DNA of 61,693 nt, counting the filler, from Catajapyx aquilonaris (Eukaryota), in NCBI GenBank assembly GCA_000934665.2. It is 3 parts of 3 records of this genome, joined end to end, with 100 filler letters (N's around TTAATTAATTAA, not from the genome) between each part and the next. Parts side by side here need not be neighbours in the genome. Positions count along the whole stretch, not along the records: positions 1 to 20,505 come from JYFJ02006250.1; 2 more parts are not named here. The stretch is one strand, 5' to 3'. Below the pieces are notes generated by a model. It was not told the DNA's origin. It worked only from the letters and a program-made list of their open reading frames with translations, and did not search any database. The translations under genes were made by a program, and so were the position numbers. This document shows positions 1 to 11,539 of the stretch, one piece after another; position 1 is the first letter of the stretch, and each line of letters opens with the position of its first letter.

Positions 1-560
1 AACAGCTGATGCACTCTTTTCAGGGAACGTCGGGCGCGCAGTAGTTTTCCCCTTTTAACTATAAATAATTCGTAAATGTACCGGCAAGCAACAATCCCGC
101 GCGAGACGCTCCCTCTCATGAATTCGGCCCGGGTGTCATACCAAAGGTCTATGCAATCACAGTAGAACATGGTGACTCCACAGACAACATCAGGGCAAAT
201 ACATAGGGTACCCATGGTAACGCATATATTTTTATCATCTATATCAGCATCATTATACAAAGGTTGTTGCTATGGTTACCAGAAAGCGGGACACAACCTT
301 TCAATTTTTGCTCAAGTACGTGTGCTATTCGGTACAAAGAGCTTACTCATTTGAACTAAAAGTTTGTAACCTAAACTTACCGTATTTTACGTGGAATAAA
401 TAGAGAGTTTGTCACGTCCGTGGATGTCACGTCTGTGGACACTACCCGTCCACAGGCGCCCCCCGGGGGGGGGGGGGGTCAGATGTTCAAGGACATGATT
501 TTAATAACCTATTTGAATGTTTTGGACCATCTCTCAATGTTTCTAATGCACTAATAGCTG

Positions 561-603
561 TGCAATGCAATGCAATGCAATGCAATGCAATGCAATGCAA
601 TGA
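561..603. repeat. (TGCAA)n pentanucleotide microsatellite
   Basis: About 8 tandem TGCAA units. Confidence 0.95.
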
Positions 604-1208
604 AACAAGAAATTACTTACAATTACTTACATTTATATTGCGAACTGTGCTAGCCACTTGGTTCGGTTCTACACCCTGTTTCTTAGTTCGTCGAGGTCAA
701 GTAGACTCTGCATTCTTAACTGTGTATACAGCTGCAGATGCAGCAATTTTATAATTTATTTAAAAATGTGAAATATAAGTCTACGATGTCGGCCATTATT
801 TTTGTGGGAACACCAAAGCTAATAACTATTTTTATTTAAAAAATATTTCTTTAAAGGACATTTACTTTTTTTAAAAAATGAAATTGCACCTTTTGTCACT
901 ATTGACCCATGTGATCCATTATATAAGCCGGGTTTACTTGCAACAGTGACTGCTGCCCAAAGGGATCTTATTTGGTTAAATAAGTTGCTGGTGTTGGCTA
1001 TATCCACATCCTAGCTTCCTTCCAAATTCAATGTTGCTTCGATATAGCCATGTTCAAATGAAGTTTACACACAAAACTGATACATTATTACAAGTGTGAT
1101 ATATGTTACACCCCACCCTCTTGAATAGCAGTGGGATCCTTTGCCTCAAAAGTCTCTAAACCAGTAGCCTAATACCAAGCTAATACTCAATAGATGTAAG
1201 AATCTTAC

Positions 1209-2672
1209 CATGGACAGTGTCGCATTCACTGGTGCTACTTCCTACCATCTCAAAGTACTGCCGAGCTATATCCAAATATTTTGGCTGAAAGTAAAAAAAA
1301 ATAGTTGAAAAGTAGAGTACGTTGATAGTATTATTATTTACTATACTTATACACTGTATAGACATACTAATAATAATTCATACCCCGTTATCAGCCATCG
1401 GCTCTGTAGGGGGGAACTTCGTTTTGCCTGGAACTCTTTGCTTTCGTTTTACTGCGCTTTTTGGGATATGATAGGGACGGAAGGAAGCGGCTGTGGCCTA
1501 TTAATTACGGAAGCAACTCCGGAATTTTCCTGGAAGGACCGTGGGAAACCACAGAAAACCACGGTCAGAGTTGCCGGCCCCGGGATTTGATCCCAGGACC
1601 TCCCGATTAGCAGTCGGACACTATATCCCCTACTCCAAACTGCTTCGGTGTATAGGCACGACGTATTCGCCACGACCGTGTCTAACTTGGCAGTCCCACA
1701 TCCTGTGCACCCAGCCAATGGCGTGTATATCTATTAATTTTTATTTATTGATTGATTTTATTTTACCCCGTGATAGGGCGGAGCCCTTTTAGGGGGGTGG
1801 CATACCACCTTCAGTTTTCTTCGATTTGTCTGACTCTTACTTCACACATTGATGCATTGGTGGGAAAGGATAGGGACGGAAGGAAGCGGCTGTGGCCTAT
1901 TATTTACGGAATAGACCCCGGAATTGTCCTGGGGGGACCGTGGGAAACCACAGAAAACCACGGTCAGGGTCGCCGGCCCCGGGATTCGAACCCAGGACCT
2001 CCCGATTAGTAGGCGGACTCCCTATCCACTACACCAATAACACAGCGCAACAAAAAAAAATTTTTCGGTGTGTTACTCGGAAACCACTATGTAGATCATG
2101 TTAGTAGGACTCAAAGTAGCTGGGAAACGCCAGGGATTTCTCTCCCAAAATGTGCAGGGGGTCAGGGTGACCAAAAATCAATCCCATTTTGGACAAATTC
2201 AAAATATTGACGTTTTTTGGCCTATTTCCAGGTCTGGCAACCACTGTAAGTTTCGGATATTGTTTTTGCTGGCATTAGGTGTTACCTGGGTCTAGTCTGA
2301 AGCCACTATGGTGTTTAAAGTCAATCTTTTATAGAAACTGTAGGTTTTCCAGGGTCCTTTTTATGGAAAAACTTCGTTTTTTGGTACTTTTTTCTTCTAT
2401 TTTTGCGGAACAGTGTAAGGGCTTTATTTAAAAAAAAGTGTAGCGTAATGGGCTCTTTAGAGACCCAGCAATCAAGGAATAATAACTTAGCAGAACTTTC
2501 CTATGCAACCATAGCACGCGTGTGCAAAAGCCTAATCTAGGGTAAAATCGCGTTTTTTTCGCATTTTTGGTGATGTGACTTTTTTCAACATTTAAAACCA
2601 AATATTCCTCGGCTTTAAAATAAATGAATTCTTAGTCTAACAAACTGTCAGGGACCCCCATCTACGAGAGGC

Positions 2673-2720
<48 letters not shown>

Positions 2721-2724
2721 CATT

Positions 2725-2780
<56 letters not shown>

Positions 2781-5700
2781 TATTATAAGTATTATTGTTA
2801 CATACCAAGCTCTGTTCCTGTCCAATACAAGTAGAAATTATGGCTTTCAAAATGTATTCCTGGGGCATAGTTGGTTGGACATCTGTCATCAGGTCATATG
2901 CTTCCTTAGTTTCACCCTGAACCGAAATCATATGGGAAATAGTCATTGTGGAAGTCACTTGCTTCTAGCTAGCAATAATTATGTTGTAGCTATAGTCTAG
3001 AACTCTAGATGAATTAACATTCATTGCAAATATATTATGCAGGTTTTTGAAACATGAATACATTAATTGCACCATAATTAATTGGAATATGTGATGCAAC
3101 CTAGGCAAATATTCAATGACAATAAAACTTTTCGAAATTCAACATTATAAGGCATCTAAAACATTATAAGGCCTCTAAAACTCTCTCATGGCCATTTATA
3201 ATGAGCCAACAAAAATTTGAAGAAAAAAAATCACATGATTACATTGGGTGCCTGAATTAACTGGTTTTAAGTAGAGAACGTATGATATGATGAAACACCC
3301 TGTCCAGATTCCTACTTTAGGTCACACTTACATTATTCAGGTGGTATATAACAATGTTGAGACGTGCCTCTGGTATGTGGTCAACGAGTCGAGGTAAATC
3401 CACCTGGGCACCTATTCCATTTCTAAACACAACTAGGTTATGCTGTATAAGATCCATTCCATAATTGTACGATATGGGGCTTCTTTGCTGCAATAAATTG
3501 AAACTTTTTTCAAGTTGTATTTAATGCATCAGCCATTTATTCATTTATGTGATTTAGATTTCATTCTCATTAGGAATTAAATGCTAAATTCTTTTTCAAA
3601 GTGGGGCTGAGCTTTTCCACCAACAGTTCTGAATTGTGTAGCCTACCTTGTACAGTACATGGGATTTCATACGTTATTAAGTCTATTACGCTTCCAAAAT
3701 GAAAACAATCAACTACAGGCAATCTCAGAAGCATATCTCAAGAAACCTAAATTTGAGAAGTGCACACCTTTTGTACCACCCTGTATAAAGCATTAAAAAC
3801 CCAAGAGTGGGCTTATATCCATGATTGGCTTGCCTGATTATTTTCTTACCAACAGATCGGTCAACTCTGCTTCTGCAGAAGCTCCTCCATTTTCAAGCCT
3901 GTATAAACAGCATGCCTTTAAATTCGTGGCAATGACTGAATCAGGAAACTTCCTAGTGTACATTCCCAGGACCTCTAAACACACATCAAAGTAGTCCATT
4001 TTGTAGTAGCACAATGATACATAAACATTCAGTGCTAGATATTCCCTGAAAAAATAACGAATTGTATTAGATGAAGCAAATTACAACATAGTATAATATG
4101 ATCCAGGGTTTTAAACATTGCATTTCCTCTCACACCAAAAATGACAGAAATGTTCACGTCCCAAAAGAGGACGTCAAACAAAATATGGGATGGCATAATG
4201 TGCAAGTGTAAGATTAATAATGTCAAATTGGGCATTAAAAAGCCACATTGGATATCATGTATTCTGGGCCAAGTTATGAGAACATTAATTTTCAATACAA
4301 GATAATATTGCATTTTTGCTATTGTTTCAGGGTAAATGAGAAACTTGTTTTGTTTTAATTATTGCTGTTAAATATTTAGCATCTACAGCAAGGGTGGGCA
4401 AACTTTTTTCTCCATGGGCAGCATAGAGATTTAAAAAAATTTGACAGGCCGCATCTAACAAAAGAAATTTCAACTTATAAAAATGTTTATAATTGAGTGG
4501 GTGAGAAGCAGAGTGGTTCATGTCGAAAAAGATAGTTTTGAGATAAACGCATGCAAAGTTCTAGGCTTGCCTTTGCAGCCATGGTAAAAGTAAGTCACAT
4601 TAACTTAATAATTTGATAGCAAATATTACAAACGTCTTTAGGCCAAGTTACAAAACAGAGTTGGGCATGGGGAATGCCATTCAAGCGACAACTCAAAATT
4701 GCCGAATTTCGACATGAACCACTCTGCTTCTCAGACACTCATATTATATATCCCGTTTTAAATGAACTTCCATTAATTGCATAAATTATCATTAAATTCT
4801 CTGAAAATCGATAAAATTAGCTAAACATATCAATGAAAATGGCCTGTATAAATAAAAAACAATATTGTTGTCAATTTAAAAGAATTAAAAAGTAAGGCAC
4901 AGGCATTTTGCAATTTTAATTTTTCACCATTTTCAGGAATACCGAAATGTTTGCGTGGACCGCACAAATTGTCTTCGCGGGCCGGATCCGGCCCGTGGGC
5001 CGTAATTTGCCCACCCCTGATATACAGTATATAAATAATCCTCTGTGCTCTGTCAACTGCTATTTGCACTAAATCAGACACATAAGCAATTTTACATTGA
5101 ACTCATTGGTGCTTCTATGCAATCAATCTCCACCAGTCCACCATTATGTATTTGCAACTCTTTATTGCATTTAAAAAACTTACTTGTTGTACAAGCAGGC
5201 ACACAGTACCTCTCTGATCTCATTTGCGTACTCAGGGTTGATGAATGTCGTACTTGGGGGCCGATGTTTCTTCGAGTCAAGTCTACAATGAGTCAACATT
5301 ATTTTAAAAGATGCAGGAAGATGCATTGTTACCATGCGTATAAATAAATGGTTTAAAACTTTACCTGGTATGAGCTATCATGGTTTCCTGGTAAATATTA
5401 ACAGCCTCCTGATAATGGCCGCGTGAATAAAGAAGAGCTGCCACTGACAACCGATCTACAAGGCTGTCTGTCATTTGTGTATGGTAGCGCTCTGCAGCAG
5501 CCACATCGTGATACTTGTGAGCAAGGTGAAATAGAATCCTTGTCTTCAGTGGACAATCAGGACATTTTTCAGCAACCTGAAATTACATTTCAAAATATAT
5601 AGTAACACCTGTTCAAGACTTGTAGATTATTTCCTTTAGCTACCCCAACATCATGTGGAAAGTCCCTGTATCAAAGATTCAAAGGTGTTCCACTGCAAGT

Positions 5701-8700
5701 GTTGGGAAAGTGAGACAGTAATTTTGTCAGTATTGTTATGGAACACTCTTATAGTGAGCACAAAAATTTTTCACAGGTTGTCTGAAACATTATTTTGCAA
5801 ATCAAGCACCATGTGTACTTGTAGCAGAATCAAAATGTTCCCTCAAGTTACACTCCACACCACTCTCTTCTGGTGTTCACACCAATACATCACCAATTCT
5901 TATAAATAATAGCCTTGCTGAAAATAGGATTTATGAATGACAGTTTTTATTCACACACCCTCCAACCTTCCTGGGTGGATTGGTATGTTATTAGACAGTA
6001 ACAATATCTACTGTCGTGAGAGATTTTCTAAAAACTCTACAATACATGTCTACCTTGAAGTTATCCTCACTTTTAAGAGGCCTCCCTAAAAATTCAAAAT
6101 AATTATACAGCACACTCCAGACACTAATATTGCCTTACTTTTACCTGCTTAATAAACGCCGCATTACTCATAATTATGAGCCATACCTTAAGGAACATAC
6201 TACTGTAGCAGAATAAGGACACAACTAAAACTCAGTACACTATTAGTAGGCTACTGCAGAATTCACAAGTGTAAAATTGTTAATTGCAATCATCCAAATG
6301 CATTAGGCAAAATACTTAATCTGTAACTTTGACATACTCAAAGCCTGATTAGAGGCAACAAAAAGTTAAGCTTGGACTGAGTGACCTTGGTATTCTAAGA
6401 CGTTCTTGAACAAGAAATATATTGACATTATACTGTATAGAGGTGCTATTTACTTACCACTTGTGCCTTCTGAAAGGCACCCGTGTGAAACAAGCAGCAG
6501 GCAATTCCCATTATTACAGTGGTTGAAGGGGGATCAGCATATTTTGCTGAGAGTTTGGTGTATTCATGGAGAGCCCATTTGTAGTCACCAAGATGGTAAG
6601 CACAGTAAGAAATCCACATGCTGTTCAAGAAAGGTGTCAGTTTGTGGATAGAGAACTGAAATGTGAGAAGGTTAGTATAGCTATTAAAAATCACTGCATC
6701 CACTGGATAATTTATGATTGTATTGAAACAAATCCCACATAATTATTCAAAAGGGTGTTTCACAAAAACACGATACCGGTACGGTACCAGCATAATATCA
6801 CAAATTGAGGACACCATTCTGAGTCAAAAGTCTTTTGGAATTTTGCCATAAAAATTACAGCTGAGGTGGAACAGTCTTACAATGTTTGATTAAAAAGCTA
6901 TTAAGGAGCGATTATCATAAGCTGTGATTTTCTCAGATGCAATGACCAGTAAGAACTGAGAAATACCGTAGCCTACCTCACTGGCCCATTTTGGCATATT
7001 ATTAGGGTCTACATATCATTATGCCCTATTAATATGAGATAATGCATATATCAAAATATTTAGTGTTACACCTTTAAAGGGACAGTCCACTCAAAATACA
7101 GGGTGTCCCTAAATGATTGTCAACATTTGAATGTTGCTTAATTTCTATTAGTTGCGGTGTGCAATGACAAGACAGACATAGAACGAAAGAGCACATTCGG
7201 GAGTTTTTATTGCACACACTACACTGTGCTCAATATGAGCACCTTTTGTCACACGACATGATAGTCCAATCTCTACACAGGCCAGCATGTCTGGTGTGAT
7301 TGATTCCACAGCAGCAACAATCCTGCGTTTCAACTCACACAGGCTGGTAGGTAGCCGTGGTACGAAGACCTGGTCCTTTACATAATTATACCCCCAGAGG
7401 AAAAAGTCACATGGGGTGAGGTCGGGAGACCTTGGCGGCCACTGGAGAAAAACCACATCTTGCTGACCTGCATCGGCATGTCCGATCCGCCGATCCTTGC
7501 CCTTGCAAAGGCATCCCGTCGTCTGAAACTTCTGGAACCACCGTTGAATTATTGTAGGGAGGGGCGTAACGTCGTCCGTACTGTCGCCGGAAGGCCTGCT
7601 GAACAGTAACTACCGAAGACCGAACCAAGCTTTGCAAACTGCAAGACACGGAATGTTTTCTGTTCGGGAGACACCATTTTGTGGAGTGGCCCTGTGTGCC
7701 TCGCGGCAAAGTGCGGAACCAACTTTTCTGTGTGCAATAAAAACTCCCAAATGTGGTCTTTCGCTCTATATGTATGTCTTGTCATTGCACACCGCATCTC
7801 ATAGAAATTAAGCAACTTTCAAACGTTGTCAATCATTTAGGGACACCCTGTACAATGTGGTCTCTAAAAATCAGGCAAGGAATCCTGATTCCGAGAATCC
7901 GTTCCGTTATCTCTGAGGCGAACGGTAATGACAGGGGAAGAGACAAAAGTCAGAAAAAATTCGAGGTCTGATCGAGAGTGGCATTTCAAACCCGCGGGGA
8001 GCCGTATCCAACTTCCTCAGGCAGCCGCCAGGTGGCCGGGGGGGGTGTGGGCTGGACTGGAGGAGCAGGGGGATAGCAGACTTTGACCCAGCCCCCGGAC
8101 ACTTATACTACATTCTGAGCTTATCGCCTGCCGAGGCGTTTTGCAGCGGGTGCTCACCTGAGAGCGACATGAGACATTTCCCAGAGCAATAGTAGCGACC
8201 CTACCGGACTAGGCTGAACTTTATAGGTACAACAGGGAAGCGCTACGGCGGCCATGTTGGGTCCCCCAATGTAGCGCTTCCCTTTTGTACCTATAAAGTT
8301 CAGCCTAGTCCGGTAGGGTCGCTACTATTGCTCTGGGAAATGTCTCATGGCGCTCTCAGGTGAGCACCCTCTGCAAAACGCCTCGGCAGGGGGTGGGTGG
8401 GAGTGACCTAACCCGAGTCTTCTAAAACCATGATTTGACCTTTATTTCTCGGATCACCGTTCGCCGTAGAAAAAAAACCGATGGTATCACCAGAATCAGG
8501 ATTCCTTGCCTGATTTTTAGAGACCAACTTGTATTTTGAGTGGCCTGTCCCTTTAACACAAATTAAATAGCACCACTTGACCTGAATAATAGAAGCTTGA
8601 CCATATATTCAAATATGAATTGTGTTTTGAGTGTTTAGGATAATAAGTTTGTTAAGCAATCCTGCTTGAGGAAATAATAACATTCGATTTACGTAACCAT

Positions 8701-11539
8701 ATCCTCATGCCTGATAATTTTTACCTGGACAGATAATATGTGAGGAAACATCACTTAGGTCCGGTTGCACCTCCTCCAGGAAACATTTTCTGGCCCTTTT
8801 GCAGCTGGAAATGTTACCTGGAGGCAGCACGGCCAGATCTTAAACTTGAAGTGACAACACAATATCAGACAATACCCTGGAGACGAATAAATGCTCTCCA
8901 CTTACCCCAAGAACAGTTATAGCACCTGTGAAGTCTCTTGCTGCCAAAAACTCAGAGACTGTAGGTAACCTCTTCTTTGTAAATATTACTTGTTCCGGGC
9001 ATATGTCTGTATCATCAGATGACTCTTGCTCCATGATTTTCTAGAAAAAAAGTCACTTATGCGTTATTCCACATAATCCAATATTCCAGTTGTTGCTGTG
9101 GTAAGTAAAATAATTTCAAATCACATTCTCCTATGCAATCCTTAGTCAGTATTAGCTTGTGAATCATGTTGCGAATGTAAGGGACTTAATTGCAGACAAC
9201 ATATAATAAAATAATATTAATTTGTACAAATTTTAATTAGTAAACAAAGTACATGAACTTGTAGTAAATGCACATTATAAAAGGTGCGATATCCAGACGT
9301 TTGGAGCCCTTGAAAACAGTGTTGATTCGGGAAGGAATAGTTTCCACTTTTGATGTTTCTTTTGGGAATTCAAACAAAACCTTTCTGCATATTATTGTAT
9401 ACCCCACCTTATACTAGCATGCTGGTATTCAGGCACCAGATGAGTAAGCTATTTTCTTATTACCAGCATACCACTATTTATGGGCCAATATGGTATACCC
9501 TGCATAAATTTTGCCCTTATCTGAATTAGACAAAAGTCACGGCAAAATATGCCAGGGGATGGAGAGTGATCAACAAACAAAATTTATTCATGTGGTTTTC
9601 ATTGTTGTTTTCCATAATAAAGTGGAATGTATCAACGAGAATGTTTCTTGATACTTATGTCTGATCAAAAGTTATTTACTCTAGGTCTGGCAAACAAAGT
9701 TTTACTTTGAAATTCGAATTAAGCATACAGGGTGTATCTGAACTCAGTGCCCCGACGTATATGACTGCCTTCCTAGCCACCAGAGGATCGATTTAAGTAT
9801 AGGAGTAATTATGTCTGACCGCCGCATTACTGAGATAATTGGCCGCAAACATGTAGTACAAAATATCCTGTCGGTTAGGCCACCCATCGAACCCTCCCCC
9901 AGTCAGAAGGCTCTGGAAGGTCTGGGGGCCGGACTTTGTTGGTTTGTTGCCCACAGGTGGTAAGGCCTCTTTGGCTAATTACACCAGAAAATTCTATTTA
10001 AAAGTCAGAAGGAGCGATTAGGCAAAAATCGCTAAAGAGTGTATCTCAGTAATGAAGCTGCCCAGACACAATGACTCATCTACATAAGTTGATCCTCTGG
10101 TGGCTAGGAAGGCAGTCATATACATCGGGGCACTGAGTTCAGATACACCCTGTATAGAGTAACCTATAATGCTGTTTATAGCAGCATGATTTGGATTTTC
10201 ACCACTAACTCTGCAAGAGCATTTTAACTTCAATTTCACTCGAAATCAGGAGATTTTTAAAGAGCTATATCCTTAGTACTTCTCGAGATTGAATGCACGA
10301 TACGGAGATTGCAAGTTATAGCTCTTTTGAAATTTTGAAGGTTCTTTTACTCATCAAAGTAAAATATGCAGGGAATCTGGATTGAAATATTGGTATTTAT
10401 CACTGGATGAAACATATTTTTTATCAAATGCACCGTAAAATCAGACTCCAGAATGCCACAAGATAATATTTTGAAATGTCACTTACTGCAATGTCAATTA
10501 GTTGTGATGCTGGTTGTGATGATGGTGATGATGGTGGTGTTAATGATAGTGATGTTGATGATGTTGATGATGAAGGAAATGGTCGAAATTGTGATAACAG
10601 TGATTTTGATAGTGTGCAAGTTTTCTGTCCATTAGCCTTGCGCTTGTTATCAGCTGCACTGAACTTGCTGTCTGCAGACTTTTCCTTGTGGCAATTCTTA
10701 CACAATTCCAACTCGTTTAGGTTTACACTTCTTCCAACAGACTCCAACGATTCATCTAGTTTTTTCAGAACAGACAGGCAGGGATTGGCTGGAAGAACAT
10801 CTTGTCTTTTAGTTTTTGATCTAGCTCTCTCTGTGTCAGCTGCAGGTGGACCACGTTCTGCTGGCATCTGTTTGATTGGCGTATGATATGAGAATCCTCC
10901 TCCTGTTTCCTCTGATACCCAACCGTCATGAGGGATGAGTAACATACGATTTGGGCCCTCTTCCCATGCTCCAAAAAGAATATTCCTTGTTGGTTCAAAA
11001 TATTCAATTGTTTCCTTCGGACAACAAGTGGGAAATCGTTCCAAATCTGATTTGTACTTGTTTTCCATCTTAATTTCTTCCAAATATAACTGGAAATCCT
11101 CAGTGGTTTTCTTGTACAGATTTGATACCAGCATTTTGGGACTATCAATAACTGGTTCTTCTGAACCCACTGGATTTGACATCTTACGTCTTTCCTGTCT
11201 GTGCAATGGATAATCAGGCTCCGTGTGTCCTTGAGTCGATATCTTTGGGGTTGTACCACAATCTCTCTCTCTCTTTTGATGTCTTTTTCCATCCCCGTTA
11301 TCCTTCTCTGAAACAAGCCTGGCCTCACGAGATTGTCCTGCAAGCTCCGCTTTCTTGACTGACACATTACGATGCTCTTCCCCCTCCAAATCCTCCACAC
11401 TTATAACATGTGATCTCTCAACTGAGGCACTCGACTTTGAGGTATGTGTATCAAAAACCGTTTCTCTTTCATCTCTCTTGTATATTTCAGAGTCCATCTT
11501 CTTAATACATCGCCGTGGCACTCTCTTATATCCCTTCAT
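1209..11539 (-). CDS. IFT56: Intraflagellar transport protein 56 (TTC26/DYF-13 family), multi-exon, 3'-partial. Exons (minus): 11539-10487, 9040-8906, 6655-6458, 5576-5365, 4045-3850, 3487-3332, 2916-2806, 1284-1209
   Basis: All introns are GT-AG and exon phases match (0,0,0,2,0,0,0). Translations match TTC26 motifs: [42 protein letters not shown]...[40 protein letters not shown]...[32 protein letters not shown]. Downstream exons were not found in 1-1208. The first exon is less certain (separate entry). Confidence 0.93.
1368..1650 (-). mobile_element. tRNA-derived SINE
   Basis: On the minus strand: tRNA-like head with degenerate A/B boxes, then the body GTGGTTTTCTGTGGTTTCCCACGG...AGGCCACAGCCGCTTCCTTCC shared with three other copies in the window, then an (ATT)-like tail. 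Confidence 0.85.
1764..2036 (-). mobile_element. tRNA-derived SINE (same family)
   Basis: A box TGGTGTAGTGG and B box GGTTCGAATCCC on the minus strand; body near-identical to the copies at 1368, 32605 and 33020. Confidence 0.88.
2673..2785. repeat. Compound (ATT)n(ATC)n microsatellite
   Basis: Tandem trinucleotide runs just inside an IFT56 intron. Confidence 0.97.
4389..5019. mobile_element. hAT-like non-autonomous element with a nested MITE
   Basis: TIRs CAAGGGTGGGCAAA / TTTGCCCACCCCTG; 8-bp flanks ATCTACAG / ATATACAG (7/8 match), consistent with a hAT target-site duplication (TSD). Confidence 0.75.
4495..4740. mobile_element. MITE with ~34-bp TIRs (GAG...CTC termini) nested in the hAT-like element
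   Basis: GAGTGGGTGAGAAGCAGAGTGGTTCATGTCGAAA and the near-perfect inverse TTTCGACATGAACCACTCTGCTTCTCAGACACTC. Confidence 0.75.
7099..7850 (-). mobile_element. Tc1/mariner-superfamily transposon, internally deleted, with pseudogenised transposase
   Basis: TA-flanked TIRs CAGGGTGTCCCTAAATGATTG / CAATCATTTAGGGACACCCTG. Minus-strand remnants [24 protein letters not shown]...ELKRRI and N-terminal [14 protein letters not shown]. Confidence 0.92.
8127..8390. repeat. Near-perfect inverted repeat (~120-bp arms, ~24-bp loop) inside the TTAA element
   Basis: CCTGCCGAGGCGTTTTGCAG...GGGAAGCGCTAC and its reverse complement, with few mismatches. Confidence 0.9.
9728..10152. mobile_element. Tc1/mariner-type MITE
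   Basis: ta|CAGGGTGTATCTGAACTCAGTGCCCCGA...TCGGGGCACTGAGTTCAGATACACCCTG|ta; TIRs >60 bp. Confidence 0.88.
10487..11539 (-). CDS. Putative large first coding exon (351 codons, K/E/S-rich, low complexity) spliced in frame to IFT56
   Basis: ORF 10424-11539 has a consensus GTAAGT donor (10486-10481) at phase 0. The next exon begins tag|AAA ATC ATG GAG at 9040, also phase 0. There is an in-frame stop ~10 codons upstream of ATG 11539. Confidence 0.65.

Larger units (their letters stand above)
7078..8552. mobile_element. Non-autonomous DNA transposon with TTAA target duplication (Kolobok-like), interrupted by a Tc1/mariner element
   Basis: ttaa|AGGGACAGTCCACTCAAAATACA ... TGTATTTTGAGTGGCCTGTCCCT|ttaa. 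Removing 7099-7852 restores a >60-bp TIR matching the right end. Confidence 0.75.

Noticed and set aside
1..1208. Remaining 3' exons of IFT56
   Set aside because: No segment encoding the expected RQCMAS/FNFNYAQA-type motifs was found; they probably lie beyond the left end.
2637..2800. Poly-Met/Ile and poly-Asp/Asn ORFs
   Set aside because: Translations of the (ATT)n(ATC)n microsatellite; the real exon ends at the donor at 2805.
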